64,000 nucleotides of DNA from positions 92,321 through 156,320 of the forward strand of contig UQLI01000001.1 in assembly GCA_900541715.1 (NCBI GenBank), read 5' to 3'. Made by a program: the position numbers and the translations under genes. The first letter of the stretch is position 1, and each line of letters opens with the position of its first letter. Positions 38,116 through 48,584 of the stretch are shown piece after piece. Source of the DNA: an uncultured Collinsella sp. (GTDB lineage: Bacteria > Actinomycetota > Coriobacteriia > Coriobacteriales > Coriobacteriaceae). The notes beneath the pieces were generated by a model. It ran no database searches. It had not been told where the DNA came from and saw only the letters and a list, made by a program, of their open reading frames with translations.

Positions 38116-39534
38116 ATGGCTGATTCCCAGACTGCAACCTCCGCGCCCGAGTTTAAGAGCGCCCACTTTATCGGTATCGGCGGCGCCGGCATGAGCGGCA
38201 TCGCCCTCGTTCTTCACGAGCGCGGTTATGCCGTTACCGGCTCCGACCTTAAGACGTCACGTTATATCCGCCAGCTTACCCGCGCTGGTGTGAAGGTGCA
38301 TGTGGGCCATGAGGCCGCCACGATCGACGAGGTCAAGCCCGACGTGGTTGTTGTCTCCACCGCTATTCCGGAGTCCAACCCTGAACTCGTGCGCGCTCGC
38401 GAGCTTGGTATTCCCGTGTGGCCCCGTGCCAAGATGCTCTCTGCTTTGGGCCACGGCTACACCACCGTCGCTGTTGCCGGCACGCATGGCAAGACCACCA
38501 CGTCTTCGATGTGCGCCACCATGCTCGACCGCATGGGTCTGGATCCGAGCTTCTTGATCGGTGGCATCGTCGAGGGCTATGACACGAACGGCAAGAACGG
38601 CTCGGGCGACTACTTTGTCGCTGAGGCCGACGAGTCCGACAGCTCCTTCCTGTTCCTGAACCCCAACGTGGTCATCGTGACCAACGTCGAGGCCGACCAC
38701 CTCGATCACTACTCGGGTATCGAGGAGATCGAGGCAACTTTCGCCAAATTCATGAGCCTGGTGGGCGAGGACGGCACCGTCATCGTCTGCGGTGAGGACC
38801 CGCATCTGGTCGAGCTCGCCAAGTCGACGGGTCGTCACGTGCTTTCCTACGGCTTTGCCGAGAGCAACGACATCGTCTGCATGCACCCGGATGTCAAGGG
38901 CATCCAGAGCGATTTTATCGTTCGCTTTGAGGACGGCACTGAGCACGCTGTGGAGATCAAGAGCAATCCCGGTCGCCACAACATGCTCAACGCCACGGCG
39001 GTGCTCACCGTCGCCCATGTCCTGGGCCTTGACATCGACGCCGCCGCCAAGGCGCTCTCGAGCTTTGAGGGCGTCCGCCGTCGCTTTACCCACGTGGGCG
39101 ATATCGATGGCATCACCGTGGTCGATGATTACGGCCATCACCCCACCGAGATCAAGGCGACGCTTGCTGCTGCTTCGTCGCTGGGCTACAAGCACGTCGA
39201 CGTCGTGTTCCAGCCGCACCGCTATTCGCGCCTGCAGGCCCTGTGCGACGACTTTGCCGATGCATTTGCCAATGCCGATAAACTGCTGCTGATTGATGTG
39301 TTCTCGGCTGGCGAGATGCCCATTCCGGGTGTCACCTCTAAGATGCTCGCCGATACCGTGCGCGCCAAGCATCCTGGCAAGGAGGTCGTGTACTGCTCCA
39401 GCCGTCTTGAGCTCAATCAGGAGCTCGAGCAGATGGTGGGCGAGGGCGACCTGCTGCTCACTATGGGTGCCGGTGACGTTACGACCGTCGGTCCCGAGTT
39501 CATTGAGTATCTGACTGCCAAGAAAGACGCTTAA
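38116..39534 (+). CDS. murC: UDP-N-acetylmuramate--L-alanine ligase
   Basis: HFIGIGGAGMSGIA and GTHGKTTTSSM P-loop. The start is ATG 38116 or GTG 38089. Confidence 0.92.
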   Translation: MADSQTATSAPEFKSAHFIGIGGAGMSGIALVLHERGYAVTGSDLKTSRYIRQLTRAGVKVHVGHEAATIDEVKPDVVVVSTAIPESNPELVRARELGIPVWPRAKMLSALGHGYTTVAVAGTHGKTTTSSMCATMLDRMGLDPSFLIGGIVEGYDTNGKNGSGDYFVAEADESDSSFLFLNPNVVIVTNVEADHLDHYSGIEEIEATFAKFMSLVGEDGTVIVCGEDPHLVELAKSTGRHVLSYGFAESNDIVCMHPDVKGIQSDFIVRFEDGTEHAVEIKSNPGRHNMLNATAVLTVAHVLGLDIDAAAKALSSFEGVRRRFTHVGDIDGITVVDDYGHHPTEIKATLAAASSLGYKHVDVVFQPHRYSRLQALCDDFADAFANADKLLLIDVFSAGEMPIPGVTSKMLADTVRAKHPGKEVVYCSSRLELNQELEQMVGEGDLLLTMGAGDVTTVGPEFIEYLTAKKDA

Positions 39535-39539
39535 GTCTA

Positions 39540-40451
39540 ATGGGTCTGTTTAACGCCGTCATGGCGCTCTCGGGCATGATCGACACGGATGTGATCGAGG
39601 ACGAGCGCCTTGCGCGTCATACGAGCTATCGTATCGGCGGCAAGGCCGACCTCTTTGTGACGTGCCATAGCTATCATGCCCTCCGCCGCGCCGTGGCGGT
39701 GCTCGATCGCGAGCAGGTGCCGTGGGTCATCATCGGCAAGGGCTCCAATCTGCTGGTTGCCGATGGCGGTTATCGCGGCGCCGTCATTTCGCTCGGACGT
39801 GAGTTTCAGCGCACGGTTGTTGCCGATGACGGTTGTACGCTGACGGTCGGTGCGGGCGTGATGTTTGCGCGCCTGGTCAACGATGCCCTGTCGCGTAGCC
39901 TCTCGGGCCTTGAGTTTGCCGTTGGCATCCCTGGTTCGGTTGGCGGTGCGATATCTATGAATGCCGGCACACGGACCGAGTGGATTGGCTCGCTGGTTGA
40001 GGATGTCGTAACGTTTGACCCGGCATCCGGTATCAAACATTATGCGGGGTCCGAGATCACTTGGGGCTACCGCGAATGTAGCCTTCCCCGCAATGAGATC
40101 ATCCTCGAGTGCGTGCTCAAGCTTAAACCGGCGCCCAAGGCCGACATTCGCGAGCGCATGGAGCGGTACCTGACGAGGCGCAAGCGTACACAGCCCATGG
40201 GTCGCGCATCCTGCGGGTCGGTCTTTCGCAACCCGCCCGATGCGAGCGTGGGCAAGCTTATCGAGGATTGTGGATTAAAGGGTTTTTCGATTGGCGGCGC
40301 GGAAGTTTCGCCCGTTCACGCTAATTTTATCGTTAATAACGGAACTGCCTCGGCCGATGACGTTGCCGCGGTTATCAGACATGTGCACGGAAAGGTGAGG
40401 GAGGCGTATGGCATCGAGCTCAGACCGGAAGTTAAATTCCTCGGCTTCTAG
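39540..40451 (+). CDS. murB: UDP-N-acetylenolpyruvoylglucosamine reductase
   Basis: 303 aa. FAD-binding domain (GKGSNLLV...GGAISMNAG) and SCGSVFRNP motif. Confidence 0.92.
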   Translation: MGLFNAVMALSGMIDTDVIEDERLARHTSYRIGGKADLFVTCHSYHALRRAVAVLDREQVPWVIIGKGSNLLVADGGYRGAVISLGREFQRTVVADDGCTLTVGAGVMFARLVNDALSRSLSGLEFAVGIPGSVGGAISMNAGTRTEWIGSLVEDVVTFDPASGIKHYAGSEITWGYRECSLPRNEIILECVLKLKPAPKADIRERMERYLTRRKRTQPMGRASCGSVFRNPPDASVGKLIEDCGLKGFSIGGAEVSPVHANFIVNNGTASADDVAAVIRHVHGKVREAYGIELRPEVKFLGF

Positions 40452-41664
40452 AGCATCGAAACCCACCTTCCGCCGCGCCGGAGGGCGTTCCGGCGCGCCT
40501 GCCAAACCTCAACGCAATATCGTCGCGCACTCTAAGCCTGTCGGGCATGCTCGACAGACCAGTCGTCCGGTTGTCGGCTCGCAGCTCGGTAATCGTCCGG
40601 CCGCAAAAAAGTCCTCGCGTCCCTCGGTGACGTCAAAGCCTGTTATGGGCGCCAAGCCTGCCCGTCCTATGGCAACTCCTAAGCCCTCGACAGGAACTAA
40701 GGCGGCGCGTCCGAGTCGCACGCTGGGCGCATCGAAACCGCGCTCGCTGACATCGGTGCCGGCTACCGCCAAGAAGCCTTCGGGTAAAAAAGGCGTCAAC
40801 CCGTTGTCTTTACTTAGGGCGATGGCAAATAAAACATCAGACGCCGCTTCTGTCGTTACAGGCAAAGGCAAAATCGTGGGCGGCGTTTTGGCCGTCTTGG
40901 CCGTGCTCGTCGTCGTTGCTATCGTGGTGATTAACTCTGGATTGTTTACCGCCACTGATATTCAGATTCAAGGCAGCGAGCATGTGACGAAGCACGATGC
41001 TATCCAGCTGATCGATTTGCCCGAGGGAACGTCGCTTTTTAACGTCGATCCCGACCAGATTACCGAGGACCTCAAGCAGAACCCGTGGGTCTCGGGCGTG
41101 GATGTCCAGCGTCAGTTCCCACATACGCTCATCATTACGCCGATGGAGCGCAAGGTCATTGCAATTGCCTATATCAGCTCCGATGACCTTGCCTGGGCCA
41201 TCGGGGATGATGACACCTGGATCGCCCCGCTGTCGACGTCGGTCGAAGTGGATGACCAGGGCAACGTCATCACGACGGGGCAGGGCTCAAATACCCTGAC
41301 CGGCATTGATGCCGCGCTGGCGCTCGCTAAGCACTATGGCGCGGTGTTGTTGACTGATGTCTCGGCGGATGTCGCTCCGGTTTCCGGCCAGGCAGTGAGC
41401 TCCAAGGCCGTTAAGGCTGGCTTGGATTATGTGCGTGGTTTTTCGAGCGAGTTCTTGGGACAAGTCAAGGATATTTCCACGCCTTCGGTCGAAGCCATCT
41501 CGGCAAACCTCAATAACGGCATTGAGGTGTCGCTGGGCGATTCGAACGATATCGTCAAGAAGGAGCGCGTAGTCACCAAGCTGCTTTCGCAGGTAGAGGG
41601 CGTAACGTATATCAATGTGCGCTCTCCGGGTAACTATACATTTAGGAACGCTCCGACCTCGTAG
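40408..41664 (+). CDS. ftsQ: Cell division protein FtsQ/DivIB-like
   Basis: 418 aa. About 150 aa of basic K/P/S/R-rich N-terminus, one TM helix (VLAVLAVLVVVAIVVI), then a POTRA-like segment (IQIQGSEHVTKHDA). Position is between murB and ftsZ. Overlaps murB by 44 nt. Confidence 0.75.
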   Translation: MASSSDRKLNSSASRASKPTFRRAGGRSGAPAKPQRNIVAHSKPVGHARQTSRPVVGSQLGNRPAAKKSSRPSVTSKPVMGAKPARPMATPKPSTGTKAARPSRTLGASKPRSLTSVPATAKKPSGKKGVNPLSLLRAMANKTSDAASVVTGKGKIVGGVLAVLAVLVVVAIVVINSGLFTATDIQIQGSEHVTKHDAIQLIDLPEGTSLFNVDPDQITEDLKQNPWVSGVDVQRQFPHTLIITPMERKVIAIAYISSDDLAWAIGDDDTWIAPLSTSVEVDDQGNVITTGQGSNTLTGIDAALALAKHYGAVLLTDVSADVAPVSGQAVSSKAVKAGLDYVRGFSSEFLGQVKDISTPSVEAISANLNNGIEVSLGDSNDIVKKERVVTKLLSQVEGVTYINVRSPGNYTFRNAPTS

Positions 41665-41863
41665 CGCTGGTTGATGCTTTGTTGAGGGGCCATACCACGC
41701 CGTTTATCTGGTTTGTTTGGTTTTCACGGTCAATTATTTGACTGATACGTTCATAATGTGCAAACATAATACGGTTTACCTTTGCATTTACTTTCAACCT
41801 GAAGGTTAATGTGCGCAGGGGTCGACCCATGCTATGGCTATAACCTTTGTTCGGAGGACCGAC

Positions 41864-43018
41864 ATGCACGAGACAGAGATCAACAACTACCTTGCCGTCA
41901 TTAAGGTGGTCGGCGTCGGCGGCGGCGGTACCAACGCGGTCAATCGAATGATCGAAGAGGGCATCCGCGGCGTCGAGTTTGTTGCCATCAACACCGATGC
42001 TCAGGCACTCGCGATCTCTGATGCCGATATCAAGGTGCACATCGGCACCGACCTTACCCGCGGCCTGGGCGCCGGCGCCAACCCCGAGGTTGGCCGCAAG
42101 GCTGCCGATGAGTCCCGCGACGACATTGCCGAGGCGCTCGCTGGTGCCGACATGGTGTTCATCACCTGCGGCGAGGGCGGTGGCACCGGTACCGGCGCTG
42201 CTCCCATCGTTGCCGATATCGCGATGAACGAGGTCGGTGCGCTGACCGTCGCCGTCGTGACCAAGCCCTTCACCTTCGAGGGCCGCAAGCGCAAGAAGAG
42301 CGCCGAGGAGGGCATTAAGACCCTCTCCGATTGCGTCGACACCATGATCGTCATCCCTAACGATAAGCTGCTCGACATCGCCGAGAAGAAGACCACCATG
42401 CTCGAGGCCTTCGCGATTGCCGATGGCGTCCTTTCCCAGGGCACCCAGGGCATCACCGACCTCATCACCGTCCCCGGTATCATCAACCTGGACTTCGCCG
42501 ATGTTAAGACCATCATGAAGCAGGCCGGTACCGCCATGATGGGTATCGGTACCTCTTCTGGGGACACCCGTGCCGTCGACGCTGCCCAGCAGGCCATCTC
42601 CAGCCCGCTGCTCGAGAGCTCCATCGATGGTGCCACGCGCGTGCTGCTCTCCATCGCCGGTTCCAAGGACCTGGGCATCCAGGAGATCAGCGACGCCGCC
42701 GACGTTGTCGCCAACGCCGTCGACCCCGAGGCCAACATCATCTTCGGTACCGTTGTCGACGAGTCCCTGGGCGATCAGGTGCGTATCACCGTCATCGCTA
42801 CGGGCTTCTCCGACTCCAACGTCAACCGTCAGGACGAGCTCTTTGCTGCTCAGCAGTCTCAGAGCAAGGCCGCTGCCTCCGCTGAGCCGCAGCGCACCGC
42901 TCCTGCCACGAGCCCGGCTCAGGCCGCTCCGACCCGCAACGTCGGTGGCACCGAGCTTCCTAACTTCGGCAACGATCAGTTCGAGCTTCCCGACTTCCTG
43001 AAGCGCGGTAGCTTCTAA
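41864..43018 (+). CDS. ftsZ: Cell division GTPase FtsZ
   Basis: [17 protein letters not shown] and [10 protein letters not shown] tubulin signature. C-terminal peptide [19 protein letters not shown]. Confidence 0.97.
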   Translation: MHETEINNYLAVIKVVGVGGGGTNAVNRMIEEGIRGVEFVAINTDAQALAISDADIKVHIGTDLTRGLGAGANPEVGRKAADESRDDIAEALAGADMVFITCGEGGGTGTGAAPIVADIAMNEVGALTVAVVTKPFTFEGRKRKKSAEEGIKTLSDCVDTMIVIPNDKLLDIAEKKTTMLEAFAIADGVLSQGTQGITDLITVPGIINLDFADVKTIMKQAGTAMMGIGTSSGDTRAVDAAQQAISSPLLESSIDGATRVLLSIAGSKDLGIQEISDAADVVANAVDPEANIIFGTVVDESLGDQVRITVIATGFSDSNVNRQDELFAAQQSQSKAAASAEPQRTAPATSPAQAAPTRNVGGTELPNFGNDQFELPDFLKRGSF

Positions 43019-43042
43019 GTCGTTCTTTGCATTGTTGTGCGC

Positions 43043-43076
43043 AGGGGCGTGTCCGTATGGACGCGCCCTTTTTATT
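43043..43076 (+). terminator. Intrinsic terminator of ftsZ
   Basis: ggggcgtgtcc-gtat-ggacgcgccc hairpin followed by tttttatttc. Confidence 0.72.
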
Positions 43077-43105
43077 TCGACTTTGTAAACTAGAACCTCC
43101 AATCT

Positions 43106-43123
43106 CTTTACGTTCCCTTTACG
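43106..43123 (+). promoter_or_regulatory. Candidate PHO-box-like direct repeat upstream of pgeF-pstSCAB-phoU
   Basis: CTTTACG-ttcc-CTTTACG, an exact 7-mer repeated 11 bp apart, about 105 bp upstream of the pgeF ATG and just after the ftsZ terminator. Confidence 0.4.
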
Positions 43124-43228
43124 ATTGCCTCCAGCGCAGCAGGTATCCTTTTAGAGAAGTATGACAGCCGTATAAACGCGGGCTGTAGCGGCGATGCCGC
43201 GGTACTTGTGTTATTAGGAGGCTTTAGT

Positions 43229-44029
43229 ATGGCAGCACGTGCGGACAAAGTTTCGCGTGTCGACCATGATGGAGTTACGTTGGTGGAGGGCGCGACATCC
43301 GATGTTCGCTTTGCCTTCACCGAGCGCGCCGGTGGCGTTTCCGAAGATGCGTACTCCTCACTCAACTTGGGCTCGCATGTTGGCGATGACCCCTTTGCTG
43401 TTCAAGAAAATCGTCGTCGCGCGCTCGAGGCTATGGGTGCCGCCGAGTGCGAGCACAACCTGCTCATTCCCAATCAGGTCCATGGTGACCATATCGTTGC
43501 GGTGGCCTCGAACGGCGCCGATGGCCTTGAGGACGTCCGCGAGCAGATTGCTGAGGGCTGCGATGCCATCGTCTGTACGGCGCGTAACGTGCCCGTGCTG
43601 CTCTGCTTTGCCGACTGCGTTCCCGTGGTGCTGGTGGCCCCTGGCGGATTTGCCGTGGTGCACTCCGGTTGGAAGGGCACGATTGCACGTATTTCTGCCA
43701 AGGCGTGCCAGGCGCTTTGCGATGCTGCCGGCTGCGATGCGAGCGACGTTTCCGCCTATATTGGCCCCCATATCTTGGGTGACGAATATGAGGTATCCCA
43801 GGAACTCATGGATCGCTTTGCCGCCGAGTTCTCTTGCATCGATGCGAATACCTCTCGCATGCTTGATCTTTCCGCTGCCATTCGCGAGGCGCTGGTAGAT
43901 GTCGGTGTCGACGCGGATAATATCGTGGATACCCAGCTTTCGACCGTGCGTCAGAACGACCGCTTTTATTCCTACCGTAACGAGGACGGCACCTGTGGGC
44001 GCCATGCTGCGATCGGCGTGATGCTATGA
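43229..44029 (+). CDS. pgeF: YfiH/PgeF (DUF152, laccase-domain) protein
   Basis: NQVHGDHIV, DAIVCT, ADCVPVVL and HSGWKGT motifs. AGGAGG RBS. Its stop overlaps the pstS ATG (ATGA). Confidence 0.85.
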   Translation: MAARADKVSRVDHDGVTLVEGATSDVRFAFTERAGGVSEDAYSSLNLGSHVGDDPFAVQENRRRALEAMGAAECEHNLLIPNQVHGDHIVAVASNGADGLEDVREQIAEGCDAIVCTARNVPVLLCFADCVPVVLVAPGGFAVVHSGWKGTIARISAKACQALCDAAGCDASDVSAYIGPHILGDEYEVSQELMDRFAAEFSCIDANTSRMLDLSAAIREALVDVGVDADNIVDTQLSTVRQNDRFYSYRNEDGTCGRHAAIGVML

Positions 44030-44862
44030 GAAAGATCGTATCGGTTCTGAGCGCCGCTGTGCTTACGCTTACGCTGTGCGCCTGTTCTTCGGGATCTTCG
44101 ACCTCTTCCATTACCGTGGCCGGCTCCACGACCTGCCTTCCTATCGCCGAGATTGCGGCCGAGGGCTTTAAGGAGGAGACCGGCATCGACGTGCTCGTTT
44201 CCGGTTTGGGTTCTTCCGCTGGGATCGAGGCCGTCAGCGCCGGCACGGCCGATATCGCCAGCTCCTCCCGTGGACTCAATGCCGACGAACAGGATCTGGG
44301 CCTGACTCCCATCGTCATTGCCCACGACGGTATCGCGGTCATCGTGAACGACGACAACCCCGTCGATAACCTCTCGACCGAGCAGCTCCGCGATATCTAC
44401 GCCGGCAAGATTACCAATTGGAAAGAGGTCGGTGGCGAGGACCTGAGGATTCAGGTCATCAACCGAGACGAGGCGTCCGGTACGCGCGAGGCCTTCCGTA
44501 CCATCGTGATGGATGGCACGCCGTTCGATCGCCGCTCGGCTGTTCTTTCGGGTACGGGCCAGGTGCGCGACGTGGTATCTCGTTCGCGTGGGGCCATCGG
44601 CTACATTTCGCTGGGCTTCGTCGATAGCCTCAACGCCAAGACCTCGGTCAAGGCCGTCTCGGTCAATCATGTTGAGGCGTCCGAGAAGACGGTCGCGAGT
44701 GGCGGCTATCCCATCTCGCGCGACCTTTACTTCTTTGTGAAGGGTGTGCCTTCGCAGCAGGCGCAGGATTACATCGACTATGTGACGTCCGAAAAGATGG
44801 ACAAGCAGATTCGCGAGGCGGGCTTTATTCCCGTCACCAACGACGAGAAGGGGAGTGAGTAG
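44026..44862 (+). CDS. pstS: Phosphate ABC transporter substrate-binding lipoprotein
   Basis: 278 aa. Lipobox LTLCAC, then ITVAGSTTCLPIAE and GSSAGIEAV motifs. Confidence 0.92.
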   Translation: MRKIVSVLSAAVLTLTLCACSSGSSTSSITVAGSTTCLPIAEIAAEGFKEETGIDVLVSGLGSSAGIEAVSAGTADIASSSRGLNADEQDLGLTPIVIAHDGIAVIVNDDNPVDNLSTEQLRDIYAGKITNWKEVGGEDLRIQVINRDEASGTREAFRTIVMDGTPFDRRSAVLSGTGQVRDVVSRSRGAIGYISLGFVDSLNAKTSVKAVSVNHVEASEKTVASGGYPISRDLYFFVKGVPSQQAQDYIDYVTSEKMDKQIREAGFIPVTNDEKGSE

Positions 44863-44863
44863 C

Positions 44864-45790
44864 ATGGAAGCACAGGAAAACTCCCAGACTGAGCAGAATG
44901 TTCAGACGCCCAAGAAGCGCGAGCTGGCGCTCGTATCGCGCAGTACCTATATCAAGGAGAAGGCGCTGCAGTGGATCTTCTTTGCCTGCGCGTTCTTGGC
45001 GGTCGTTACCGTCATCCTGATTTTTGTCTTTACCACGTACTCGGCGCTGCCCGTCTTTACTGACATCGGTCTGGCTGACTTCTTTAGCTTTACGTGGGCG
45101 CCTTCCGAGGGCCACTACGGCATCTTGTCGCTGCTTGCCGGCTCGGGTCTGGTGACCGTCGGTGCGCTCGCCATGGGCGTGCCGCTGGGCGTGGGTACGG
45201 CCGTTTACCTGGTCGAGATTGCCAGCAAGCGCGTGCGCAAGCTCATCAGCCCCGCCGTTGACCTGCTGGCGGGCATACCCTCCATCATCTACGGCTTCTT
45301 TGGCATGATCATCATCCGCCCGTTTATCGCACAACTGACCGGCGGCCTTGGTTTTGGTGCGCTGACGGCGTGGTTTGTGCTCGCCATCATGATCGTCCCT
45401 ACCATCACCACGCTCACCATCGATGCTCTCAATTCCATTCCCATGGGCATTCGCGAGGCATCGTATGCCATGGGCGCCACAAAGTGGCAGACCATCTATA
45501 AGGTCGTGCTACCTGCCGCGAAGCTGGGTATCGTTGATGCCATCGTGCTGGGTATGGGCCGTGCCATCGGCGAGACCATGGCCGTGCTCATGGTCGTAGG
45601 TAACGCCCCGGTTATTCCCGACAGCATTGCGAGCCCCATCTCGACGCTCACGAGCCAGATTGCGCTCGACATGAGCTATTCCTCGGGTCTGCACCGCTCG
45701 GCGCTGTTCGGCATGGGTGTGGTCCTGTTTATCATCTCCGCCACGCTGGTGGGTATCGTCCGTCTGATTTCCAAGAAGAAGAGGGGGTAG
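44864..45790 (+). CDS. pstC: Phosphate ABC transporter permease PstC
   Basis: Multi-pass permease with the EAS-loop (IPMGIREASYAMGATKWQ). Confidence 0.92.
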   Translation: MEAQENSQTEQNVQTPKKRELALVSRSTYIKEKALQWIFFACAFLAVVTVILIFVFTTYSALPVFTDIGLADFFSFTWAPSEGHYGILSLLAGSGLVTVGALAMGVPLGVGTAVYLVEIASKRVRKLISPAVDLLAGIPSIIYGFFGMIIIRPFIAQLTGGLGFGALTAWFVLAIMIVPTITTLTIDALNSIPMGIREASYAMGATKWQTIYKVVLPAAKLGIVDAIVLGMGRAIGETMAVLMVVGNAPVIPDSIASPISTLTSQIALDMSYSSGLHRSALFGMGVVLFIISATLVGIVRLISKKKRG

Positions 45791-45793
45791 GCT

Positions 45794-46699
45794 ATGTCCG
45801 ATTCCGTTGACACGACGGTCGATACGACCTCGTCGCGCGAGCGCATCAAGCGTGCCCTTTCCCACGGCAAGAAGGGCCGCATCAACAAGGACCTGTCCAA
45901 CAAGATCATGCTTGGCGTGTTTCGTGCCGCTGCCTACATCACCACGCTGGTGCTGGTCGCTATCATCGCCTACGTGGTCATCAACGGCCTGCCACACATC
46001 TCGCTCGACTTTATCTTCGGTTGGCCCCAGGGCGTCAACGCCGAGGGCGGAATTTGGCCCACGATCGTCTCGACCGTCTACGTGACGGCGCTCGCCATGC
46101 TTATCTGCACGCCGATCGCTGTGCTGGCAGCCGTCTATCTGGCCGAGTACGCCAAGCAGGGCAAGGTCGTCGAGCTCATTCGCTACGCTGCTGACGCTTT
46201 GGCCTCGGTACCCTCCATCGTTATGGGGCTGTTTGGCTACGCCTTGTTTGTCGAGGCTATGGGCCTGGGCCTTTCGATGGTCTCGGCCGCTCTGGCGCTC
46301 GCGCTCTTGATGCTTCCCATCGTCATGCGCACCACCGAAGAAGCCATTCGCGCCGTTCCGCGCTATATCCGTTGGGGCGCGTACGGCCTGGGCGCTACCA
46401 AGTGGCAGGTCGTCTCCAAGATCGTGCTTCCTTCGGCCTTTGGCCGCATTGCCACGGGCATCGTCCTTGCCATCGGCCGTGCCATCGGCGAGACCGCCGT
46501 GGTGCTCTACACCATGGGCCAGGCCATCAATCTACCTATTTCGCCGCTCGATTCCGGTCGTCCCATGACGGTTCACCTGTACCTGCTTGCCAACGACGGC
46601 ATCAACATGAACGCAGCCTACGGCACTGCGCTCTTGCTGATGGTGATCATTTTGGCCTTCAACCTGTTTGCGCGCTTCCTGTCGCGTAAGCGTCGCTAG
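45794..46699 (+). CDS. pstA: Phosphate ABC transporter permease PstA
   Basis: 301 aa. Permease with VPRYIRWGAYGLGATKWQ. Confidence 0.92.
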   Translation: MSDSVDTTVDTTSSRERIKRALSHGKKGRINKDLSNKIMLGVFRAAAYITTLVLVAIIAYVVINGLPHISLDFIFGWPQGVNAEGGIWPTIVSTVYVTALAMLICTPIAVLAAVYLAEYAKQGKVVELIRYAADALASVPSIVMGLFGYALFVEAMGLGLSMVSAALALALLMLPIVMRTTEEAIRAVPRYIRWGAYGLGATKWQVVSKIVLPSAFGRIATGIVLAIGRAIGETAVVLYTMGQAINLPISPLDSGRPMTVHLYLLANDGINMNAAYGTALLLMVIILAFNLFARFLSRKRR

Positions 46700-46711
46700 T
46701 TAAGGAGTCCC

Positions 46712-47515
<804 letters not shown>

Positions 47516-47607
47516 TCGGTGCGACTAGTCCCAAGCCGATCGGACCTGGTCCGGTGCGTATTCACTGTGCGGGCGGCATGACCGCACCCAACTGATTGGA
47601 GTGAACC

Positions 47608-48465
47608 ATGCGCAAACTGTTTTCCCGTCAGCTCATCGAGGCCCGCCACGAGATGCTGAGCATCTACGAGGCCGTCGATCTGGCCCTCCACGATGCCGTG
47701 AGGGCCTATGTTACCGACGACCGCAAGCTCGCCACCAAGACCAAGAAGCGCACGCTTTCGATTGACGCACGCTGCGCCAACCTGGAGGCCGTCTGCTACA
47801 ACCTGATTGCCACGCAGTCACCGGTCGCCTCCGACTTCCGCTTGCTGCAGACGATCATCTACGTCGACTTTAACCTGCAGCGCATGACCGATAAGGTTCG
47901 CCAGATTTGCCGCGCCACGCGTCATATGATCAAGGCCGACATCTCGCTGCCCAAGGAGCTTGTCGGCACGGTCGAGGCCGAGGCTGAGGCCGTCTACCAG
48001 GTGCTGGGCTCTTCGCTTTCCGCGCTCGTCACCAACGACATGTCCATCATCTGCAACTTGGCCGTCGAGGACGAGCCAGTGCACGCCGCCTACGAGAAGT
48101 TCTTCCGCACCTTTAACCGCATGGACACGGGCGATTTTATGGACGACGACAGCAACTATGACGACCTGCGCCGCGCCATCATGGTATCGCGCTATCTCGA
48201 TCGCATCGCCTCGATTTCCATCGATGCCGCCTGCCGTCTGACCTTCCTGTTGACCGGACAGCGTATGACTGCCGGTGATATCGCCTGCACTGATGAGGAT
48301 GAGCTCGAGAGCATGCGCGTGCCTTCGGGCGAGGGTGTTATCATGAGGCCCGCCGTCGATGCACGCTACGTTGCCAAGGTGCCCGTTAACGAGGTCAGCG
48401 AGGGTCTTCGCTACCTGCTCGATCATCTTGAGGATGAGGACGATGGCGAGGACGACGAGGAGTAA
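47608..48465 (+). CDS. phoU: PhoU-family phosphate signalling protein with an acidic C-terminal extension
   Basis: 285 aa. Two PhoU-like helical repeats follow pstB, with an extra roughly 60-aa Asp/Glu-rich tail ending DEDDGEDDEE. Confidence 0.78.
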   Translation: MRKLFSRQLIEARHEMLSIYEAVDLALHDAVRAYVTDDRKLATKTKKRTLSIDARCANLEAVCYNLIATQSPVASDFRLLQTIIYVDFNLQRMTDKVRQICRATRHMIKADISLPKELVGTVEAEAEAVYQVLGSSLSALVTNDMSIICNLAVEDEPVHAAYEKFFRTFNRMDTGDFMDDDSNYDDLRRAIMVSRYLDRIASISIDAACRLTFLLTGQRMTAGDIACTDEDELESMRVPSGEGVIMRPAVDARYVAKVPVNEVSEGLRYLLDHLEDEDDGEDDEE

Positions 48466-48584
48466 GTAACCCCGTTCGTCGAAAGATTGTAAATACCTAA
48501 GTGAGCGCGGCCTTGCACATGCGGGGCCGCGCTCTTGCGTTAGCATGGGACTACTTGTTTGGCTGTCAGCGGAGGCGATTGGCA

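Noticed and set aside
41642-43102. 486-aa minus-strand ORF antisense to ftsZ, and the 503-aa plus-strand ORF at 61221-62732 antisense to the aminopeptidase
   Set aside because: Shadow ORFs opposite highly conserved genes, with low-complexity translations.
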